Virus record (IMG/VR): IMGVR_UViG_3300009320_000008
Coordinates: 16,339-80,338 of that record
DNA length: 64,000 nucleotides
Origin: a virus
Direction: 5' to 3' (one strand)
Part shown: positions 55,901-64,000 of the stretch, one piece after another
Numbering within the stretch: position 1 is the first letter of the stretch
Layout of the letters: every line of letters starts with the position of its first letter
The notes under the pieces: generated by a model
Seen by the model: only the letters and a program-made list of their open reading frames with translations
Database searches by the model: none
What the model was told of the DNA's origin: nothing
Position numbers and translations under genes: made by a program

Positions 55901-57810
55901 AATTTACTAAATCCATGTTGCGTTCTTTTACTGCTTCACTTGGGCAAATGGCTTCCAATTGGTTATTGTTCGGAGAGGCTACAAAGGGAGGAGTTGGGGG
56001 TGGCGGTGGAGCAGTTAGTGGCGGTGGGGGCATTCTTGGAAGTTTAATAGGAGGGGTTAAAAATAGCATCATTGGAGAAGTTCTGTCTCCTGTCACAGCT
56101 GGAATCAAGGATTTTGTTGGCGGAATTGGAACCAGTATTTCTTCTGCTTTGGGGTTTGGCGCATCTTCTGTTACTTCTTCGGCGGGTGCTGGACTTGCGG
56201 CTATGGAGGCTCTTACTACTGGGGGAGCTGTTGGCGGGGGAATAGCAAGTGGTGGCATAATGGCGGCTTTGGGACCCATAGGCATTGCCGCCGGACTTGG
56301 ACTTCTTGCATCAACCCTCTTGTCAGATGATGGACAAGAGTTTACTATGGACGAGTGGAACTCCCAACTCAACGATGCCCTTAAATACAAACCCGGACGG
56401 GGCATTGCCCCCCATGATATCCGACATGGCCCGGGAGGCAACGAGTGGTACGAACCTATCGCAAACAGCTACCTTGAGGGAATCGAATCCCTTACAAACA
56501 ATTTCAACGAGGAAGTTTTAGGCATTATTCAAACCCTTCCAGAGCAGTACAGAGAGGGATTCGAAGACCTTCTTTCTCAGGCCGATTTTACAGTGGATAG
56601 CATTGCACAGGGAACATATGCGGAGGAGGATGCTCAAGCTGTAATCCAGTCTATGTTGGAGCAGTATAGCGATAAACTTTCCACTGCCTTTTTCGAAGCA
56701 GCACAGGGAGAACTCGGAGACTTTATTCTTGGAGGGGGAACATATGGTGGATTCCTTCCTACAGAGTTTTTAGAAGGTCTCAGCATTGATACAGAGGAGG
56801 AATTAGCACGATCCCTTGAAAGTGTCCTTAAAGTTACTGATGCATTTGACCAATATATAGAGCAAGCAACGGAGCAGTATAGACAGTCCATAGAACAAGC
56901 TATAGAAGCGGCCATAACGGAAAACGAACGGGCCGTTGAAGCTTATAAGAAATTGGCGGACGCTACGGCATCTATGGCAGATTCCATTGTTGATACTATC
57001 CGAAGTCTTCAATATAGTGATCTTAATCCGCTTGCCACTCCAGCTACTCGATTTGCAATGGCACAGGCGGATTATAATGCATTTCTTTCTTCCGCAAAAG
57101 CGGGAGATGTTGCGTCTGCTGGAGATTTAAGAGGGTTTGCAAGTACCTTCCTTGGGTATGCAAAGGACATCCAAGATGCGGCAGTGTACCAAGAAACATT
57201 CAATAGGGTAACGTCTGATTTGCGGGAAGTAAAAACTGTAATGGACGACCAGACAACTTCTTACCTTGCTCAAATAGAAGTATTGAATGCGGATCTTCAG
57301 ATTAAGCTTGAAGATTTAAGGTTGGAATTGGAGAATATCGATACAACTATCATGGAACAATTTACTGAAATGATCGAACAAATTGGTCTTAGCAGCACTT
57401 CAAGTGCTGACAAGATTGTTGCGGCATTACAAAGCATTAATTTTTCTCCACAAGTTAATGTTAATATACCATTTGGGAGAGCATATGCAAAAGGCGGAGT
57501 AATTGATGAGGCTGTATCGGGAATAACGGCATCCGGGAAAGCAATTTCGATTGCTGAAAATGAACCGGAGGTGATCGCTCCTCTTTCTACCTTTCGAGAA
57601 CTTATACGCAATGGAATAGAAGGAATATCTATTCCTTCGATATCTCCCGCAAATATGATGCCAAATATCCCTACTCCTGTAGTTTATACCAACGTTAAGT
57701 TTATGCTTGGGGAGGAGGATCTTACTGACAGAGTAAAGGTTCTTATTGATGAATCATATGTGGACGCACAAAGGGCAGGGATTACTACTAACAGGAGGTT
57801 TATCCGATAA
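52978..57810 (+). CDS. tail tape measure protein (TP901-type core)
   Basis: 1610 aa; FDQAL....AIS.AT, LANNGLRAS.IGTGLR; Gly-rich segment. Confidence 0.95.
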   Translation: MPADRTLELGVLFTARANSAFTQNLRRLRSALMDLNNLMGKVEKTTRKVSRTTEQATKAQDKLAKSLKKVDDEAKRQTKSVSKLNMAWDSVLRSLKTVATYGAAGAVLFGITNSLRAGTQEIIEFDQALKNLQAISGATDAEIAVMGDTLERIATVTKFSTTELAKGMVLLTQAGFSASEAINSMDAVSTLATGTLSSLEMTTDLLTTTVRAFNLDAVESTRVSDVMANAINKSKLTIDKLRIAFNFVGATAAQANISLEETGAAMMTLANNGLRASTIGTGLRQVISRLLAPSRKLREAYEEYGIELDKISPATNGFSESIKNLAPLLMGTEKGTVDMAKAFRLFGLRGAQAAAILIKSYMSGDYENMLDKVREVGTAEEMAAKQAEGLQLQIKRLTDRAKVLALAIGKGGLRNVMMAFVKAISETILLIGQLANTWVAQAIMQFTAWTVAIGATSAALAFLGNYLWTTMIPGMIKLIGLMATNPFVIFAGLLTTIGVGYTHYTQRIVAAREETEKEVVEVNNLLNLLSVYGEVLDDLNEKRKEDSSLNKQYEATLKRFKSELEKLSDTYPELIKNLDLATTSHEELAESMIKVEKAAVRMNLQNSLDVLSGYVNEIARLKKHGDPTGALTAEQIKGMAEATDVLSLAMADALNQGKLTWGQIEGFINIFKAKGKDFASAAETLFNKTLEKYTNMLSVMDEQAQKIRDKFAELPEVFRNIKDSLDPEGLALWAKTINSMEAEIASFKKNTEDLLTSEEIAVGIAGIIKKKYRQLLHDLGETIRNVDKELEDFFKEIDKESEKLDKDELKRKKKAAKAGMKILWDSYKEQEKMLKSYMEEDEKATQLLLDNYIEYIEDKSKWDQEYWNGREKLLRLSINKEAREMRAAFAKEEEIIGMKRRRWKEFYDEQTESIGTWSEGFSLAMEKMGKDMESWAQQGTKQAQDLARNLETALGDTFYDMFRGNIKDLGEVWEEFTKSMLRSFTASLGQMASNWLLFGEATKGGVGGGGGAVSGGGGILGSLIGGVKNSIIGEVLSPVTAGIKDFVGGIGTSISSALGFGASSVTSSAGAGLAAMEALTTGGAVGGGIASGGIMAALGPIGIAAGLGLLASTLLSDDGQEFTMDEWNSQLNDALKYKPGRGIAPHDIRHGPGGNEWYEPIANSYLEGIESLTNNFNEEVLGIIQTLPEQYREGFEDLLSQADFTVDSIAQGTYAEEDAQAVIQSMLEQYSDKLSTAFFEAAQGELGDFILGGGTYGGFLPTEFLEGLSIDTEEELARSLESVLKVTDAFDQYIEQATEQYRQSIEQAIEAAITENERAVEAYKKLADATASMADSIVDTIRSLQYSDLNPLATPATRFAMAQADYNAFLSSAKAGDVASAGDLRGFASTFLGYAKDIQDAAVYQETFNRVTSDLREVKTVMDDQTTSYLAQIEVLNADLQIKLEDLRLELENIDTTIMEQFTEMIEQIGLSSTSSADKIVAALQSINFSPQVNVNIPFGRAYAKGGVIDEAVSGITASGKAISIAENEPEVIAPLSTFRELIRNGIEGISIPSISPANMMPNIPTPVVYTNVKFMLGEEDLTDRVKVLIDESYVDAQRAGITTNRRFIR

Positions 57811-58802
57811 TGTTATTGGTAGAAGCAACCATAGGGGGAACTCTTTATTATATATCTGATGGAACATATCATTTGACCCATCAATGGAAAGAGTTTGTCG
57901 GTAAGTTTGATCCTCCTCAATATGCGCTTAAGTCTGATCATGGTGGGCTTGCCAAGTTTAGATATGGGTCTATTCAATTTGATCCCGATTTGTTTGAAAG
58001 CACAAGCAACTTCCCTCCCCCTGTTGAAATATCTTTGACCATTTATCATAGTTCAACTACTGAGGAAGCCAAAGTCCAAGTATTTACAGGGACAGGATAT
58101 ATTCGTGAGTTTGGGATTGGGATTGTAATTTATGATTTGCATGGTCCGGATGATTATGATGAAACTGTGGCAGATTCTACGGCTTACAATGACGATTTGG
58201 AAACTGTTATAGATACCATCCTTACTGCCATTGCGGAGATAAGTACAGTTGATACCACATATGCTCGTGCGTCAAGTCCTAATGTGACTTATACAACAAG
58301 TGGGGAAAATCTTTCTATTGACCTGGCATCCAACATTGCTGAGTTTTATACGCATTGTATAGAGGTTGTAGGGTCTACGGCATATTTAATTGACATGCTT
58401 TTAAATAGAGGAATACAATCCTTTACTGAATTCCAATATTTTGAATTTGCTAAATATTGGTATAAAGTTCCTGTTGCCGAGGCAAAGGCAGGGGATTATT
58501 CCAGATATTCATCTTACGCATATGGGAATGTGTTATCTGTTACTCCATATCATACAACCGAGGCCAATATTAACACAGCTTTGGACAATATTATTACTGT
58601 TGAAAACAGTCCAAGGATGACAATTGGAATTCCTTTTGAATTGGGCATTTTCCCAGACTTGGGCCAAAAGGTTTCTTTTGCTGATACTGCTGTAGAAAGT
58701 GATTTGTCTTCTTGGTTTAGACAAAGAAGGCTTAGGTACGATTTGTTAGCGAAAGTTCCAACTTTATGGCTTGAAGGAGAAGGAGAAATAGCAAGTGGTT
58801 GA
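57810..58802 (+). CDS. tail tip / baseplate protein
   Basis: Follows TMP. Confidence 0.6.
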   Translation: MLLVEATIGGTLYYISDGTYHLTHQWKEFVGKFDPPQYALKSDHGGLAKFRYGSIQFDPDLFESTSNFPPPVEISLTIYHSSTTEEAKVQVFTGTGYIREFGIGIVIYDLHGPDDYDETVADSTAYNDDLETVIDTILTAIAEISTVDTTYARASSPNVTYTTSGENLSIDLASNIAEFYTHCIEVVGSTAYLIDMLLNRGIQSFTEFQYFEFAKYWYKVPVAEAKAGDYSRYSSYAYGNVLSVTPYHTTEANINTALDNIITVENSPRMTIGIPFELGIFPDLGQKVSFADTAVESDLSSWFRQRRLRYDLLAKVPTLWLEGEGEIASG

Positions 58803-59625
58803 TGGAATACAAAATATACATACACAGGACCATATAACGGGTGCTTCTTCTGAGGAGATAGATCCTAATTATCCTGCATCTAATGCTCTTGATGATCATC
58901 CTAAAAACATAGCAAGATCATTATATGATTGGATGAAAATGGATTTTACTGTAGCTGCAGGAGCGGAGGCGTTAGGTATTGCTGCCATAAGAGCGTCCAC
59001 GGTTTCTGTAAAAATAAGCAGTTCTGGATCCATAGCATTTTTATCAGGCACGGCTGGATCCTTGACCACTGTTTCCGGAGTGGGTGCTTTAAATCCATAT
59101 TCAGCTCCAGAAGACCCTTTGAATGAGATATTTGATTTGGATGAATCTGATCTTGGTGCTTTATGGGTTCAGTTTGATGCTCCATTGTCGGAATCAAAAA
59201 ATGTGCAAGTGTATTTGCAGGGTGCTGAAACTTATGCAGAAATAGGAACAGCGAAAGCCGGGTTGTTGAATACTTGGAGACAGGCAGTTCCAAATTTGGA
59301 AGAAGGATCCAAAGATTTGAGTTCTGTTAGACGTTTGAATAGTGGGGCATTATACATTACGGATAGGGACCTAATAAGAACTTTTGATTTTTCATTCCCT
59401 GCTTACAGGAATGCTACGGAAAATAACTATTCTGGATTTTGGGATTTTTTGTTATCTTTTAGAAGAAGACTTAAATCAAATCCTTGTTTTTGGAGATTAG
59501 ATGCAACTCGGGACGATGGGAACCTGGTAGTTTATGCCAGATTTCAAACAGATAAGTCTCCAGAAGGATCTATATCTTCTCCTAATACGGGGGAAATATC
59601 TGTGAGTTTAGAGGAGGTATTATAA
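58795..59625 (+). CDS. tail tip / distal tail protein
   Basis: YPASNALDD.P motif; synteny. Confidence 0.6.
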   Translation: MVDGIQNIHTQDHITGASSEEIDPNYPASNALDDHPKNIARSLYDWMKMDFTVAAGAEALGIAAIRASTVSVKISSSGSIAFLSGTAGSLTTVSGVGALNPYSAPEDPLNEIFDLDESDLGALWVQFDAPLSESKNVQVYLQGAETYAEIGTAKAGLLNTWRQAVPNLEEGSKDLSSVRRLNSGALYITDRDLIRTFDFSFPAYRNATENNYSGFWDFLLSFRRRLKSNPCFWRLDATRDDGNLVVYARFQTDKSPEGSISSPNTGEISVSLEEVL

Positions 59626-60617
59626 TGGCAAGTCCGCAAAATATTTGTCAGGCAAAGGGTTACATTGGTGGTGGGGCAGATGATCTTGACAACATAAAAT
59701 CAACGGGGGATGACGCTATTGGTCATGGTGATATTTGTATTGTGATCATAGATAAATCCACTTATACCATTCACGAATATGATTCTACCTCTGCTGCTGC
59801 CGAATCGTCCCCAAATGTGGTTATTCCCGATGATAATGTGTCTGGAACGGGTGCATGGTTATTGGTTGAAAGCACCGGCCTCCCCGAAAACTATCTTACT
59901 GGACTTATTCTATCGAATGATGCTGGTGATACAGACCACGATATCAATATCACGGCTGGAAGATGCCGTGATAGCGGCAATTCAGAAGACATGGTTCTCG
60001 CGTCCGAAACAACTAAACAAATTGATGCAGCTTTTGCTGCTGGAGACGATGCGGGTGGAATGTTTACGGGTTCTGTAGCTGCCGATACATGGTATCATGT
60101 CTTCTTGATTAGAAAAGATTCTGATGGAACTATTGATGCCGGTTTCGATACAAGTATTACTGCTGCAAATATTCCTTCAGGATATACCGAATATCGAAGA
60201 ATAGGATCGGTTCTTACCGATGGCTCCTCAAATATTTATCCGTTTTTACAAATAGGCGATTACTTCTTATGGACATCAGATGTTACGGACTTTACTACTG
60301 ACGTATTGACAAATGCCGCGACCCAATTTGCCATACGAGTTCCGCTTGGATTACGAATCCAAGCAACTTTATATGTTTATGGGGGAAGAGCAGCTTCAAT
60401 TGGAAATATCGTTGTACGTAGTCCAGATGAAGCCGATGCCGCGAGTAGTGATGCTAATGCTACATTGTCATGGGAAACTGCCGGAAATTGGGTCCATGCA
60501 ACTTTTGAAGTTTGGACCGATACTTCGAGTCAGATTGAAGCTCGTGGAGAGTATGCGACTGCTAATAAATTGCGGGGGAGAACAATTGGTTGGGTAGACA
60601 CAAGGGGGAAATTATGA
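59625..60617 (+). CDS. tail fibre / receptor-binding protein
   Basis: ITAGRCRDS...WYHVFLI...GYTEYRRIGSVLTD domain. Confidence 0.75.
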   Translation: MASPQNICQAKGYIGGGADDLDNIKSTGDDAIGHGDICIVIIDKSTYTIHEYDSTSAAAESSPNVVIPDDNVSGTGAWLLVESTGLPENYLTGLILSNDAGDTDHDINITAGRCRDSGNSEDMVLASETTKQIDAAFAAGDDAGGMFTGSVAADTWYHVFLIRKDSDGTIDAGFDTSITAANIPSGYTEYRRIGSVLTDGSSNIYPFLQIGDYFLWTSDVTDFTTDVLTNAATQFAIRVPLGLRIQATLYVYGGRAASIGNIVVRSPDEADAASSDANATLSWETAGNWVHATFEVWTDTSSQIEARGEYATANKLRGRTIGWVDTRGKL

Positions 60618-61072
60618 ATAATTATTGGGTAGACCGGGTTGATGGGAAGATTGTCGCTGTTTATGCTTGTAAACAAAAAGAGGCAAAAGAGAAACTTGCA
60701 GAAGATCATCCTGATATAATTGCTTTCCTCAAACCATCTGTGGATAGCTTTTTATTTCGGCTCGAAATAGACCTTCATCAATTAATTAATAAGTATTTCG
60801 ACGCCGGGACACAAGCTTCTCTTCTTGCTATTTTCGTTGATCCTGATACCCCTGAAGCAGTTAGAACAAGATTATTTGCGGTACGGGATTGGACCGATTC
60901 TGTGTTGGATTACTATTATGAGAAAAAGGAAGAAATTCAAATTGCGGAAGATCCGTCCAGCGTGGGTTGGGATTTTTTTCCTTTTGATGATACGGTTCCT
61001 GTTTTTGAAGATGGAGAAAAATCGTCTTTGAAGAAAATCCGCAAGGAGTTGAAAGAACTTAAGGTTCAATAA
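60614..61072 (+). CDS. putative tail fibre assembly protein
   Basis: Follows fibre; ATGA overlap. Confidence 0.55.
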   Translation: MNNYWVDRVDGKIVAVYACKQKEAKEKLAEDHPDIIAFLKPSVDSFLFRLEIDLHQLINKYFDAGTQASLLAIFVDPDTPEAVRTRLFAVRDWTDSVLDYYYEKKEEIQIAEDPSSVGWDFFPFDDTVPVFEDGEKSSLKKIRKELKELKVQ

Positions 61073-61105
61073 ATTACTCTCTTTCATCGGGGAAAAGGAG
61101 AAAAA

Positions 61106-61471
61106 ATGCCACCATCAAGGGAGGAAAGGTATCTTGAACTTCTCGAAAAAACTCATATATACAATGAAAGGTTTCATGGTTTTTTTGAAAGGCAGCAAGA
61201 CATAAGCGATGATTTTAAAAATCTTCTTCAACAATTAGTGGACAATCAAAAAGCATCCAACGATCAATTTATCCTCCATCACAAAACAGGTGATGCAATT
61301 CTGGAAGGGGTAGTGGAGATAAAAACAGAATTAATGGTTTGGATAAAAGAGATATTCAAAAAGGGAGCGAAAGTAATCGGCATCATTGCTTTTTTGTTAC
61401 TTCTTGCCGTTGGTGGAAATGCTTTGATTGAGAATGCATCGAAGGTGATTCCTAAATTGTTCGGGGGTTAA
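61106..61471 (+). CDS. membrane protein (holin/antiholin-like, coiled coil + C-terminal TM)
   Basis: AAGGAG RBS; single TM. Confidence 0.5.
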   Translation: MPPSREERYLELLEKTHIYNERFHGFFERQQDISDDFKNLLQQLVDNQKASNDQFILHHKTGDAILEGVVEIKTELMVWIKEIFKKGAKVIGIIAFLLLLAVGGNALIENASKVIPKLFGG

Positions 61472-61473
61472 TT

Positions 61474-61770
61474 ATGATGATTTGTTCTGCCGTCTTATAT
61501 ATATTGTCTTTATTTGGTCTTGTTCTGTTGGTTTTTAGTTATACTCTTGCTTACCGTCAACAGAAAAGGGTTCATACATTTTCTAATATTTGCTTTTTTA
61601 TTTCGGTATTTTTTGTTGCGATGGCAGCAACCAATGCTACAATATGTAGGGCGTTTGATCTTCCGAGAGTATTACTTCCATTCCCTGAAGTTCGAGCGGG
61701 ATTATTGTTATTATCTACTTTCTTTTTACTTTATACAACTTTCAGGAAAAACGATAGGATAAAAAAATAA
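61474..61770 (+). CDS. 3-TM membrane protein, holin candidate
   Basis: Three hydrophobic segments; basic C-terminus. Confidence 0.55.
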   Translation: MMICSAVLYILSLFGLVLLVFSYTLAYRQQKRVHTFSNICFFISVFFVAMAATNATICRAFDLPRVLLPFPEVRAGLLLLSTFFLLYTTFRKNDRIKK

Positions 61771-61771
61771 A

Positions 61772-63133
61772 ATGGGAGAACATATCTTTTATAAGAACTC
61801 CAAAACGGCAGAAAACCTTCAGGATATTAACGGAAGACTTTCTACGATGCCAAACGATACTCGATTTGTCTTCCCGCAACCGAAGACTTTGGACGGTTTA
61901 ATTCAGGTGTCCAAACCTTGTACTCTTTTTTTTGAGGATGGGGCAGAAAATATGTTCGTGGGAGATATAGGAGGAATACGTGTTAATAGCAATGATGTTC
62001 TGATTCGGCATCCACAAGTAAGAGGGAGTGGAAGTCATACAAGGATGCCGAATCAGATTGGCATTGCTGTCGGAGATCGACACAATCCTAATCTTAAAAC
62101 GAAGAACATTCGGATAGAAGATCCAGAGATAAGAGATTTTGGATTCGGAGGAATAATTCCAGCCTATGTTGACTTCTTTGAGGTTGAAAGGTTTAAAATA
62201 TCAAATATAGAGTATGCCGGGATAATGCTTTTGTCCTGTTCAAATTTTATGGTTTATGATGGAGAAGTATCTTCAGTTGGAACAAGACATCCTCAAGGAT
62301 CTTCTGAAAATGCTTATGGTGTTGTAGCTACCAGAATGACTACTTCTGATGTTTTTATTTCAAGGAGCAAACATGGTATAATCCAAAAGGTAAAATGTGT
62401 ATGGATACCAACGTGGGAAGCATATGACACGCATGGTGGTGAGGACATTATTTTTATTATGTGTCATGCGATAAATTGTAGCACTTGGATGATGATCGGT
62501 GGCGACGGAGAACGGGATGCTGCTAAAAATATCCGCATTGAATATTGTGAAGCAGAAGTAAATCATCCATATATCACTCCGAAACATGGACTTGCAATTG
62601 CAGGTTTAGACGTAGGGAATGCCCCTGTTGAAGAAGTAAAGTTAAATTCAGTGAAGTTAACCGGTTTCGGAGATCCAAATAACAGCTTGGGAGCATACTC
62701 GATTTACTGTCGGGATACACGCAAAATGTCCTTACAAAATTTGACAGTTAATAATGGTATTGGCTCTGCTGTTTTTTTATATTATGGAAACAATTTTGAT
62801 ATAGCAGGATTGTCAGTAAATGCAAACAGGCCGGACAGATTTAACTATGATTTTGCTGTTCAAATTAATAATAAGTTTCGTTCTAATTCTGGATCGATAG
62901 GGAAGATATTGGGAAGTACACAAGGGGTTTATAATAAAACGGAAGAAAATATAATCATCGATGGCCATACCCCATTGTCAAAACCCAAATACATTGATCC
63001 CCCTGTTAGACCATTTTCGGACGATCATCCATCGGTCTCAATATCTCTGCCATTAACTGGAAATGCTATTGTGAAAGATAAATTGATTGGAATTCGTAAC
63101 AATTTAAATGAGGTGATAAATGGAATATCCTAA
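61772..63133 (+). CDS. right-handed beta-helix (pectin-lyase-like) protein, possible depolymerase
   Basis: PbH1-like repeats (NIRIED, GI, YDTHGG). Confidence 0.7.
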   Translation: MGEHIFYKNSKTAENLQDINGRLSTMPNDTRFVFPQPKTLDGLIQVSKPCTLFFEDGAENMFVGDIGGIRVNSNDVLIRHPQVRGSGSHTRMPNQIGIAVGDRHNPNLKTKNIRIEDPEIRDFGFGGIIPAYVDFFEVERFKISNIEYAGIMLLSCSNFMVYDGEVSSVGTRHPQGSSENAYGVVATRMTTSDVFISRSKHGIIQKVKCVWIPTWEAYDTHGGEDIIFIMCHAINCSTWMMIGGDGERDAAKNIRIEYCEAEVNHPYITPKHGLAIAGLDVGNAPVEEVKLNSVKLTGFGDPNNSLGAYSIYCRDTRKMSLQNLTVNNGIGSAVFLYYGNNFDIAGLSVNANRPDRFNYDFAVQINNKFRSNSGSIGKILGSTQGVYNKTEENIIIDGHTPLSKPKYIDPPVRPFSDDHPSVSISLPLTGNAIVKDKLIGIRNNLNEVINGIS

Positions 63134-63479
63134 TATTGAAAAGGAAGAATTTGATTGTCCATGTTGTGGGAAGAATAATATGGATGAAGACTTTCTTTTT
63201 AAAATTATTGCCGCAAGAATAATTGCTGAAATTCCATTTGTGATTACTTCTGGATGTCGGTGTGTATTGCATAACTCTGATCCAAAAGTTGGCGGATCAC
63301 CAACGTCTTCTCATTTGAAGGGAATTGCAACAGATATTTATTGTGATGGAAGCAGAAGCAGGTATATTATTTTGAAAGTATTATTGGCGGTCGGTTTTCA
63401 TCGAATTAAAATAGGGAAGAATTTCATCCATGTTGACGATGATAAAACTAAATCGAAAAAAGTAATATGGTTGAAGTAA
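63120..63479 (+). CDS. peptidase M15A endolysin
   Basis: EFDCPCCG, ITSGCRC..HN..VGG...SSHLKG.ATD, FIHVD. Confidence 0.92.
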   Translation: MEYPNIEKEEFDCPCCGKNNMDEDFLFKIIAARIIAEIPFVITSGCRCVLHNSDPKVGGSPTSSHLKGIATDIYCDGSRSRYIILKVLLAVGFHRIKIGKNFIHVDDDKTKSKKVIWLK

Positions 63480-63576
63480 AGTTTGCGTGTGGGAAGGGAT
63501 CACAATTTAGCTGATTGTAGGGGTCAGGGTCGAATTGTCTACCCCCTTCCCACACGCATTTAAAAAAGGAGAAGTC

Positions 63577-63993
63577 ATGGATAAAAAAATCAGATACAGG
63601 GAAGGCTATAAGTACCAATTGGCTAAAGATTACCATGTTCTACTCCCGTTCAGGCACTTTTTTGAAGGTATTCATTCAGAATACATATCATTTTATTCGG
63701 ATGGGTCACTTACTATCAAAAGTGGCTATTCGTGGGACGGTTGCTCTGGCCCTACGATTGATACTACTTCTAATATGCGGGCTGGTCTTGTCCATGATGC
63801 TTTGTATCAGCTTATGCGTGAAGAATTTCTCCCCCAAACTTTTAGAAAAAATGCGGACAAAGTTTTCAAGCAGATTTTAAAAGAGGATGGAATGTCATGG
63901 TGGAGAATTTTTTATTACTACCGTGGAGTCAAACGTTTTGCTTCTTTTGCAGCGAAGCCGAAGAATAGGAAAGAAGTATTAATCGCTCCATAG
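63577..63993 (+). CDS. DUF1353 family protein
   Basis: GYSWDGCS.P, AGLVHDALY, RK.AD, GV..F. Confidence 0.85.
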   Translation: MDKKIRYREGYKYQLAKDYHVLLPFRHFFEGIHSEYISFYSDGSLTIKSGYSWDGCSGPTIDTTSNMRAGLVHDALYQLMREEFLPQTFRKNADKVFKQILKEDGMSWWRIFYYYRGVKRFASFAAKPKNRKEVLIAP

Positions 63994-64000
63994 AGGTGGA

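Overview
This window is a 64-kb slice of a large tailed dsDNA phage genome, siphovirus-like (long tape measure, no sheath gene in view, no integrase in view). It has two divergent arms. The minus-strand arm (1-39.5 kb) carries replication genes (UDG-domain/family A DNA polymerase, beta clamp, DnaB helicase, primase, SF2 helicase) and an expanded 7-deazaguanine DNA-modification cluster (FolE, QueD, intein-containing QueE, QueC, Gat-QueC, DpdA-like transglycosylase, plus an extra radical SAM, an SDR and a HAD hydrolase). It also carries an early region of about 18 small genes, most built as 'hairpin + C/A-rich leader + AGGAGGTAAGAAATG' units. A largely non-coding control/terminus region (36.9-40.5 kb) holds a strong sigma70 promoter, a structured leader, and a consensus sigma54 promoter with an IHF site and an array of paired 15-bp palindromes. 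The plus-strand arm (40.5-64 kb) encodes terminase, portal, protease, capsid, neck, tail (with a -1 frameshift chaperone), tail fibre and lysis genes. The most striking unexplained signals are: (1) a shared C-terminal Tn-SS-T5-A(P) tag on the major capsid, head-closure and tail-tube proteins; (2) extra enzymes in the deazaguanine pathway; (3) the sigma54/enhancer array; (4) the hairpin-delimited early cassette array. All calls come from reading motifs by eye; no database searches were run.
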